A stretch of 6,156 bases of DNA from the IMG/VR virus record IMGVR_UViG_3300020030_000043, positions 1 through 6,156 of that record; one strand, written 5' to 3'. A program made the position numbers and the translations under genes. Position 1 is the stretch's first letter, and each line of letters starts with the position of its first letter. This document shows, in pieces, positions 1 to 4,761 of this stretch. The stretch comes from a virus. Below the pieces are notes generated by a model. It made no database searches and had not been told where the DNA came from. It saw only the letters and a list, made by a program, of their open reading frames with translations.

Positions 1-121
1 AGATGGTAGAGACGGGGTAGCCATCCCTGGACGCGGTAATCGTGGCGCCAAGGTCTGAAAGCAATATCTGAGAGAAGAGATTTCCTCTGTTATATGTATT
101 GTTCGACGACGCCACAGACGA
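1..121. repeat. Left copy of the exact 121-nt terminal direct repeat (circular-genome redundancy)
   Basis: The sequence agatggtagagacggggtagcc...gccacagacga at 1-121 is identical to 6036-6156 by direct base-by-base comparison. Confidence 0.97.
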
Positions 122-826
122 AGGGTAGAATTGACTCTCAAAATAAGCATCGAGGAATTCGAGATTTCCGAATCTTTGCGAGAAAAACGTCGGCGTCTCA
201 CTAAACTGAGGAACATTATACGCGGCACCGGTGCTATTAGGGATAAAATACCAACTACTAGGCCAAGCGAAAGAATAGAGTCCCCACTGGGAATAACTGT
301 AGTAATTGCGAACGATGTCCCAATAAGCAAGATAAGAATCGGCAGTACACCAGCCTAAAGGATACCCTAACTGGGCCGTTGTAAGATTAGCAGTCACCGG
401 AACATTACTCGAGGTTGGAGTCGGTATACCTCCGGGAATAACACGCAACCAACGAAGCAGCGAATTAGAGTAGGGATAATTATTGGTCGTGAATTCGTAC
501 GAGCCCGTAGAAGAAGCGGCAATAAAATTCAGACTCAAGTCGTTCATATCAAACTTACTACTATTCGTTCGCATCTCCGGATGGTACAGCTGCAAAGGCA
601 CCCAGAAGCGGTGAAGTCGAATAGTATAGGGGTTAAATGACGGAACAGCAAGGGGATTACTGCGAACATCAACGCCTTGCTCGATAGACACACGATCACG
701 AGCGTTAATAAAATCGATCCGAACCGGATAAAGAATACCCGGTGTGCACGTAAAAGCCTTACTCTCGGGAACATCATAGCGAGAGTAGCCATTAACGGCA
801 TGTGAGATAAAAGGTTGTTTTCCCAT
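1..826 (-). CDS. Major capsid protein (Microviridae VP1 / F-type), N-terminal 275 codons. It is partial in the window and continues at 6035 after wrapping around the circle.
   Basis: I hand-translated the minus strand from ATG at 826-824 and found no stop down to position 1. The product begins MGKQPFISHAVNGYSRYDVPESKAFTCTPGILYPVRIDFINARDRVSIEQGVDVRSNPLAVPSFNPYTIRLHRFWVPLQLY and later contains YLAYWDIVRNYYSYSQ. The blocks PG-x-L-x-P, R-x-x-F(W)VP-x-x-L and AY-x-x-I-x-N-YY are the usual N-terminal signature of microvirus capsid proteins. The frame is continuous with ORF 5071..6150, because position 115 equals 6150 minus 6035 and 826 minus 115 is 711, a multiple of 3. This ORF is absent from the supplied track because it has no stop inside the window. 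Confidence 0.9.
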   Translation of the reverse strand, partial: MGKQPFISHAVNGYSRYDVPESKAFTCTPGILYPVRIDFINARDRVSIEQGVDVRSNPLAVPSFNPYTIRLHRFWVPLQLYHPEMRTNSSKFDMNDLSLNFIAASSTGSYEFTTNNYPYSNSLLRWLRVIPGGIPTPTSSNVPVTANLTTAQLGYPLGWCTADSYLAYWDIVRNYYSYSQWGLYSFAWPSSWYFIPNSTGAAYNVPQFSETPTFFSQRFGNLEFLDAYFESQFYPSSVASSNNTYNRGNLFSQILLSDLGATITASRDGYPVSTI

Positions 827-829
827 AAA

Positions 830-1900
830 TTAAATGTTTAGTTGAAGTTTATAGTGATCTCTCCAAAACTGAAGAATATCCAGGTCTAGCCAAGTAGGGG
901 GGTCAAAATCGGGCATCTTACGAGAAGACGCAGCGAAGCGCATTATTTGCTTTTGCTCCCACATATACGACGCTCTACGGGATACGGAGGAATTGAGATT
1001 GAACCGGTCAACACACAGAGACACAATACGCTTAACCAGAGGAGACTTGCTAAAACGTGCATAAGCATCAGCAGCGGTAACCGAACGACAAACTTCGTCT
1101 TCCTGTTTGAGATATTTAAGATAGTATCGAGGAATCGAGTAATTGTAATTGACGCGCTTCTCAAAATCAAAATAAGACCACGACGAAGTACAAGCAGAAG
1201 GGCGAGGCATATAACCGAGAAAATCACCAACGCCAGCAGATACGAATTTTCGCGTATAACGGCGATGTTGGAGGAGGCAAGATAAAGGTGTAAGGTTTCC
1301 ATTTATGGTAACAAATTTGTCCGAAATTTCTTCGGGATTAAATTGAATTTGCTTAGTAACATACTTAACGCAGTAACGAGCACGCTTATGGGTAGCCTTC
1401 GCCAACCACACAAAGCCAAGATCTCGAACGGCAGAGCGAATCATGTTATAGAGGACATTTGTGCCAAACAAAAAGCCATGAAAATGTAATCGAGGCTCAT
1501 AACCTGTTTCTGGGTGAGTTCCAAACTCCTGAAAAAAAGCGTGTTTAAACGAATGACCGAGTTTGTGACGCAGGCGTTCGTTAAATCTCCGAATAAACCA
1601 GGACGGATCGAGCAAGGCTTGATTATAATACTTCGGAGCTACGGTTATCGTAATAAAAATAGCCTGCTGAGACTCAGCTTTACAACGAGCGAGTTCACGT
1701 TCAAGTCGAACGAACCAGTCATTGCGTTGACGGCGCAGGCAGTCTTCGCACTTTCCGCACGGGACCATCAGCCACTGACGCGCGATGTCCCAGGGGCGGA
1801 GCGCCAAAGCAGACTTTACGACGTCAGAACCATCACGACAGGGATTCTTCCTGTCGAAATAGCGACGATTCCGTATCCATATGGGCGACGAACAAGGCAT
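830..1900 (-). CDS. Replication initiation protein (Microviridae VP4, HUH rolling-circle endonuclease)
   Basis: The 356-aa product carries a VPCGKCEDC Cys cluster near the N-terminus. It also has FITITV (RCR motif 1), HFHGFLF (HUH motif 2) and YCVKYVTK (catalytic Tyr motif 3) in the canonical order. The ATG at 1900 overlaps the stop of the upstream ORF (TAATG). Its stop TAA at 832-830 lies 3 nt before the capsid ATG. Confidence 0.92.
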   Translation of the reverse strand: MPCSSPIWIRNRRYFDRKNPCRDGSDVVKSALALRPWDIARQWLMVPCGKCEDCLRRQRNDWFVRLERELARCKAESQQAIFITITVAPKYYNQALLDPSWFIRRFNERLRHKLGHSFKHAFFQEFGTHPETGYEPRLHFHGFLFGTNVLYNMIRSAVRDLGFVWLAKATHKRARYCVKYVTKQIQFNPEEISDKFVTINGNLTPLSCLLQHRRYTRKFVSAGVGDFLGYMPRPSACTSSWSYFDFEKRVNYNYSIPRYYLKYLKQEDEVCRSVTAADAYARFSKSPLVKRIVSLCVDRFNLNSSVSRRASYMWEQKQIMRFAASSRKMPDFDPPTWLDLDILQFWRDHYKLQLNI

Positions 1901-2100
1901 TACAGGAAGCTTCTAAGGCAATCAAATTTAATAGCGGGATAATCGAGACGACAGCGAATGAGATAATCGTTGGCAGGTTCTTCCTCGGAAAACCAGGCGA
2001 TAACAACGCGCTTCCGGCCGCGATATGCGCCAATAGAAAAACGGTAGGGAATACTGTTAATCACGGGAGAAAAGCGGGGAGGAAAATCAAACTTATCCAT
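1900..2100 (-). CDS. Hypothetical 66-aa protein, translationally coupled to Rep
   Basis: The start is ATG at 2100. The stop TAA shares one base with the Rep ATG (TAATG at 1902-1898), and it is the first ORF after the large noncoding region. The sequence contains a basic patch, YRGRKRV. I recognise no family. Confidence 0.5.
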   Translation of the reverse strand: MDKFDFPPRFSPVINSIPYRFSIGAYRGRKRVVIAWFSEEEPANDYLIRCRLDYPAIKFDCLRSFL

Positions 2101-2168
2101 AATCGTAAAATAATATTTTGCGCTTCGAAAGACGGTACTTCCGAACGCGAGAACTACTTCGTTACGCC

Positions 2169-2209
2169 GGCCGACCGCCTAACGGCGGGGACGCTCCGCG
2201 TCTTCGGCC
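2169..2209. other. GC-rich three-way-junction fold (ssDNA or RNA) in the large noncoding region
   Basis: The outer stem pairs GGCCGA (2169-2174) with TCGGCC (2204-2209). It encloses hairpin CCGCC-TAAC-GGCGG (2175-2188) and hairpin GACGC-TCC-GCGTC (2190-2202). That gives 16 bp in 41 nt, and 32 of the 41 nt are G/C, in a genome that otherwise looks roughly balanced or slightly AT-leaning. Confidence 0.45.
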
Positions 2210-2237
2210 TCCATGGCTCCACTTCGTGACGATATAT

Positions 2238-2253
2238 ACCGGATAAATCCGGT
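2238..2253. other. Perfect 6-bp hairpin ACCGGA-TAAA-TCCGGT next to an ATATAT tract
   Basis: This was read directly from the sequence. It lies between the terminator hairpin and the three-way junction. On the minus strand it is followed by ATATATC. Confidence 0.4.
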
Positions 2254-2266
2254 GAGTCTACGAGCG

Positions 2267-2300
2267 AAAACTCCCAGGGAGAGAAAACCTCTCCCGGGAG
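2267..2300 (-). terminator. Candidate intrinsic terminator after the last small ORF
   Basis: On the minus strand the sequence is CTCCCGGGAGAG-GTTTT-CTCTCCCTGGGAG followed by TTTTCG. Pairing is 2277-2283 with 2289-2295 (7 bp) and 2271-2275 with 2296-2300 (5 bp). A2276 is bulged and the loop is 5 nt. The element starts 46 nt downstream of the stop at 2346. The T-tract is only 4 nt long. Confidence 0.5.
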
Positions 2301-2345
2301 CATCAAAGTTAAAGAACTCTTCCACCAAGAGGACGGGTAACAATC

Positions 2346-2669
2346 TTAGCTCCTCTTCCTTTCTTCTTTCGGCGTGCTTTCATCGCAATCAAGGTTAAAA
2401 TCAAACATGAGGACTAGGGTATTGTCGAAAAACTCAACTCGGAAATGAGGCAGGCTACCACAAGTAGTAACAAGGTTGAAAACTTCCGAATGTTCGACGT
2501 AGAGCGAATCGCTAATGGAAGAGCTCTTCAAAAAACGCGCAATAGGAGTATCCGCAACAGCGCTGAGAGGGAGGGGCTCAAATTGATTTTCTTTGAGGTA
2601 GCCTACCTGAACGAGGTCGATCTTAAGAGCCGGGTTAATTCGACGAATAGCAACATGAATCTGTGTCAT
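2346..2669 (-). CDS. Hypothetical 107-aa protein. The track shows a 131-aa version starting at TTG 2741.
   Basis: The 131-aa track ORF starts at a TTG (caa at 2739-2741 on the plus strand) and would overlap the upstream ORF by 61 nt. The first ATG is at 2669, which is 11 nt after the upstream stop, so I prefer it. The stop TAA is at 2348-2346 and is followed by a strong hairpin plus a T-tract. I recognise no motif. Confidence 0.5.
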   Translation of the reverse strand: MTQIHVAIRRINPALKIDLVQVGYLKENQFEPLPLSAVADTPIARFLKSSSISDSLYVEHSEVFNLVTTCGSLPHFRVEFFDNTLVLMFDFNLDCDESTPKEERKRS

Positions 2670-2680
2670 AGCAATGTAAT

Positions 2681-3001
2681 TTAAAGTTTCGATTGAAATT
2701 TGAGATAGAAACGCTTCCAGGCGACGGAATACTTTTGCCAAAAACCGTAACCCTCGGGCGTCGAGTCGAACAAGAAAGCTGTGGAGATGAGATTGGTAGG
2801 ATCAAAATTCGGGCTGCAAAGGGACAGCCGAATATGGGCGCGCAAACGATCACGAAAACTCCCGTAGGGTGGAACGACGGCATCGTAGTTCGTCTTAAAG
2901 GCAACGAGTATTCCTTGACGCACGAGCCACTCAGTAAAAGCGTAATCGAGAACGTCGACGATCAAATCGCCAGCCTTGAAATTTTTACTTCCCTTTTTCA
3001 T
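2681..3001 (-). CDS. Hypothetical 106-aa protein with a C-terminal TPEG-x-x-FW-x(6)-W motif
   Basis: The start is ATG at 3001 and the stop is TAA at 2683-2681. The ORF is preceded by an 80-nt T-rich spacer. The C-terminal block FLFDSTPEGYGFWQKYSVAW resembles an aromatic T-x-EG-x-x-(F/Y)W motif that I recall from small phage and bacterial proteins. That recollection is from memory and unverified. Confidence 0.55.
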   Translation of the reverse strand: MKKGSKNFKAGDLIVDVLDYAFTEWLVRQGILVAFKTNYDAVVPPYGSFRDRLRAHIRLSLCSPNFDPTNLISTAFLFDSTPEGYGFWQKYSVAWKRFYLKFQSKL

Positions 3002-3081
3002 AGTATTGTGGTTATTGGTTTACGACACAAAGATGCGACAAAAAAAACAAACGACAAAGTTCAAAAAGTTAAAAAAATTGC
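3002..3081 (-). promoter_or_regulatory. T-rich (viral-sense) spacer with TTTGTCG-type repeats, a possible internal promoter or regulatory region
   Basis: This is the only spacer longer than 25 nt inside the gene train. On the minus strand it reads AATTTTTTTAACTTTTTGAACTTTGTCGTTTGTTTTTTTTGTCGCATCTTTGTGTCG. The motif CGACA (plus strand) recurs at 3023, 3036 and 3052. I could not identify a clean -35/-10 pair or a TAnnTTTG element. Confidence 0.3.
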
Positions 3082-4338
3082 TTAATTTTTCCTAAAGTAA
3101 CTACGTCGCGTGTATGTAGCACCAATTTGATCTCCAGCGGGGCCGTAAAAATCGCGCATCTCATCGTAGCCAGCAGGAGCAGATGCGCCTTTGGTGAGCG
3201 CCATGCCGCTAATCGCGAGGGCGCCGGCAAGGGCCGTGCGGGCCATCGAATAACCAAAAGCATTCTTCTCTGATCTGTTAGAGAACCATTGAGCGGAAAG
3301 GCCTTGCGACGCATTGGCGGCGGCCATACCCATAAGATGTTCGTGTATCTGACGGCCGGTTAATTTAACAGTTTTACCAGTAGGTTTGCCTGATTCAGTA
3401 ACCTGGGGGACTTCAACTTCAGCCTCCCAATTGAGGCGAAACCACTCACGAAGATCGGACAAACGAACTTTGGCTATATCGAACTCAGCTTTCGCGAGGT
3501 CGCCTGTAGCGGCAGAACTGTAGGCGGCAGCATAATCGCGAGCAATTTGCGCGGCGTAAATTTGATCAAAATACTTTGAATTGAATTCCTTGATCTGAAC
3601 AGCTTCCTCGACATGCTTACTGTATTGGGCAACAAAATCTTGAAATTTATAAGTAGCCATCAAATCCGCGTATTCAGCGTCGGCAGTATGAATATCAGCA
3701 AGAGCACGATTAAGATCAGCAAGAGCGGCAGCGTTATTGACGTTGTGCTGACGAATCTGCTTATCCATCTCGTCGATGTCTTTACGCCATTCAACAGTAT
3801 GTGTATTTCCACGAAGGTTAGCAGCTTCTGCTTCATCTCGATCAGCGGCGGCAGCATTGCGATCAACCGTAGAACGCACAATCATATTCTGTGCAATAGC
3901 AGTAGGATCGGCAGAAGCAAAACTACCAGGGGCAACGGGGGCGCCACCTGAAGGACCAGAGGCAGAGGGCATAGACGCAGAACCACCTGCCATAGTGGCA
4001 TTTACGCCGACACCCGAAGAGCCTAAAACGGCAGCGGGGGTAACGCCAGCCTTCAAGTAACGGTCGAAAACCTTCGTAGGGTCATTGTATGCATTCTCGT
4101 AATCAAACTGTTTCTGCCAATTAGCGTAGGAAAGCTCAGACTGTTTTTGCATCTGCTCGAGAGCGTACTTTTGTTGAAGCTTCATTTGCTTTTGCTGAAA
4201 ACGCCATTGGCGACGAGCGTTCATACCACCAAAAAGCTGACCGAGAGCGCCAGAAATTAATCCGGTAGTACCGGTAGAGGCAGCCGACTGACCAAGAGCC
4301 TGGCCAAAAGATGCGGCGGCAGCAACAGGACTAGGCAT
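3082..4338 (-). CDS. Minor capsid / DNA pilot protein (Microviridae VP2, functional analogue of phiX174 H)
   Basis: The 418-aa product has a Gly/Ala-rich hydrophobic N-terminus (AAAASFGQALGQSAASTGTTGLISGALGQLFGG). The block YNDPTKVFDRYLKAGVTPAAVLG resembles the conserved N-x-P ... AG(L/V)NP block of gokushovirus VP2. A Gly/Ser/Ala/Pro linker follows, then a long Ala/Glu/Asp/Gln-rich probable coiled coil and a hydrophobic Gly/Ala C-terminal segment. It is the second largest structural-type ORF. Confidence 0.8.
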   Translation of the reverse strand: MPSPVAAAASFGQALGQSAASTGTTGLISGALGQLFGGMNARRQWRFQQKQMKLQQKYALEQMQKQSELSYANWQKQFDYENAYNDPTKVFDRYLKAGVTPAAVLGSSGVGVNATMAGGSASMPSASGPSGGAPVAPGSFASADPTAIAQNMIVRSTVDRNAAAADRDEAEAANLRGNTHTVEWRKDIDEMDKQIRQHNVNNAAALADLNRALADIHTADAEYADLMATYKFQDFVAQYSKHVEEAVQIKEFNSKYFDQIYAAQIARDYAAAYSSAATGDLAKAEFDIAKVRLSDLREWFRLNWEAEVEVPQVTESGKPTGKTVKLTGRQIHEHLMGMAAANASQGLSAQWFSNRSEKNAFGYSMARTALAGALAISGMALTKGASAPAGYDEMRDFYGPAGDQIGATYTRRSYFRKN

Positions 4339-4339
4339 A

Positions 4340-4531
4340 CTAAATGTGAGTTAAATTGTTAGAACGGATAATATAATCAACGCGGACAGTGTCGATATGA
4401 ACGCCGCTACGCTGCATCCTAGCTTGGGCCGAACAAGAAGCAAGGAAAAAGGCAGCCAAGGCTGCAATAATAGACGAAACCAGCGTCCAAAAAGCCTTTG
4501 ATTTATAGAACGGTTGTTTAACGTCGGACAT
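4340..4531 (-). CDS. Small putative lipoprotein (63 aa, lipobox LASC, predicted mature peptide of 31 aa)
   Basis: The start is ATG at 4531. The N-region contains K5, K10 and K12, followed by an uninterrupted hydrophobic stretch, AFWTLVSSIIAALAAFFL. Next comes L-A-S-C (residues 30-33), which fits the signal peptidase II lipobox [LVI][ASTVI][GAS]C. The stop TAG at 4342-4340 is 1 nt before the VP2 ATG at 4338 (TAGTATG), implying coupled translation. Confidence 0.6.
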   Translation of the reverse strand: MSDVKQPFYKSKAFWTLVSSIIAALAAFFLASCSAQARMQRSGVHIDTVRVDYIIRSNNLTHI

Positions 4532-4535
4532 GATA

Positions 4536-4739
4536 TTAAAAATTTAATGAGAAGCTACGGTGCCGCACCCTCACTTCGTTCGGGGCGATTCTCCGAACCG
4601 CGAAATGCGTCACCTCGCCACAATGGTGTAAACAATTGAATAAAGAACGATAGAAAAATGCGCGACCTCTCCTGCAGTCGCTACCAATAACCTCTAGCAA
4701 TTCACGAACTCTTGCAAGAGGGGTCCGCGCACGTAGCAT
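4536..4739 (-). CDS. Doubtful 67-aa Arg-rich Cys/His-containing ORF. It could be a J/VP8-like basic DNA-binding protein, or the locus could be a noncoding structured element.
   Basis: The ORF runs from ATG at 4739 to TAA at 4538-4536. It fills the gap between neighbours almost exactly, with 22 nt upstream and 4 nt downstream. It has 13 Arg, 0 Lys and 5 Asp/Glu, with Cys at 22, 36 and 40 and His at 38, 39, 45 and 60. Against coding, the same 200 nt is closed by a long-range imperfect stem (4554-4570 with 4721-4737) and contains several internal hairpins. Confidence 0.4.
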   Translation of the reverse strand: MLRARTPLARVRELLEVIGSDCRRGRAFFYRSLFNCLHHCGEVTHFAVRRIAPNEVRVRHRSFSLNF

Positions 4740-4761
4740 ATATCGTCAAGTAAAGAGAGTG

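Noticed and set aside
827-832. Rep and capsid genes are in the same reading frame, separated only by TAA TTT, considered as a possible readthrough fusion
   Set aside because: The stop is TAA, the least leaky stop codon. No readthrough context or downstream structure is evident, and compact spacing alone explains the arrangement.
943-1302. A 119-aa very hydrophobic ORF embedded in Rep on the same strand, considered as a phiX174 E-style overprinted lysis gene. The same pattern appears at 544..801 in VP1 and 3660..3881 in VP2.
   Set aside because: All three sit in the +1 frame of their host gene, where the second codon position equals the host third position. That position is visibly T-rich in this genome, and this automatically yields Leu/Ile/Phe/Val-rich pseudo-TM segments. 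The same pattern recurs in three unrelated genes, and 3660..3881 starts at a TTG. Its length is not exceptional given the other spurious ORFs of 100-147 aa. It is still worth a synonymous-constraint test on Rep codons 200-320 if relatives are available.
2291-2300. Perfect palindrome CTCCCGGGAG (with near-copy CTCCCAGGGAG at 2271-2281), considered as a protein-binding operator
   Set aside because: The two copies together form the arms of one 12-bp hairpin followed by a T-tract, so a terminator or ssDNA hairpin is the simpler explanation.
2154-2303. A 49-codon minus-strand ORF (ATG at 2303, TAG at 2156-2154, product MLPGEVFSPWEFSLVDSPDLSGIYRHEVEPWRPKTRSVPAVRRSAGVTK) with a mildly basic tail, considered as a J-like DNA-binding protein
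   Set aside because: It would be translated straight through the terminator-like hairpin, the ACCGGA hairpin and the three-way junction. It is far less basic than known J/VP8 proteins, and nested palindromes explain the sequence better than coding does. It is kept as the alternative that would refute the structural interpretation.
4531-4539. TGATATTAA on the plus strand, a 9/9 match to the core of the phiX174 origin nick region (CAACTTG/ATATTAATAAC, quoted from memory)
   Set aside because: It lies on the strand complementary to the coding (viral) strand, whereas Rep nicks the viral strand. It spans the lipoprotein start codon and an AT-rich spacer. I found it post hoc, and the Rep here is only distantly related to phiX174 A.
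4532-4761. A self-cleaving ribozyme or tRNA-like element, considered in the closed structured locus and also in 2101..2345
   Set aside because: Neither region has a CUGANGA hammerhead core on either strand. No cloverleaf with tRNA-like arm lengths or a T-loop (GTTCRANYC) is visible, and I cannot confidently match any other ribozyme consensus by eye. A covariance-model scan (Rfam/Infernal) would be the decisive test.
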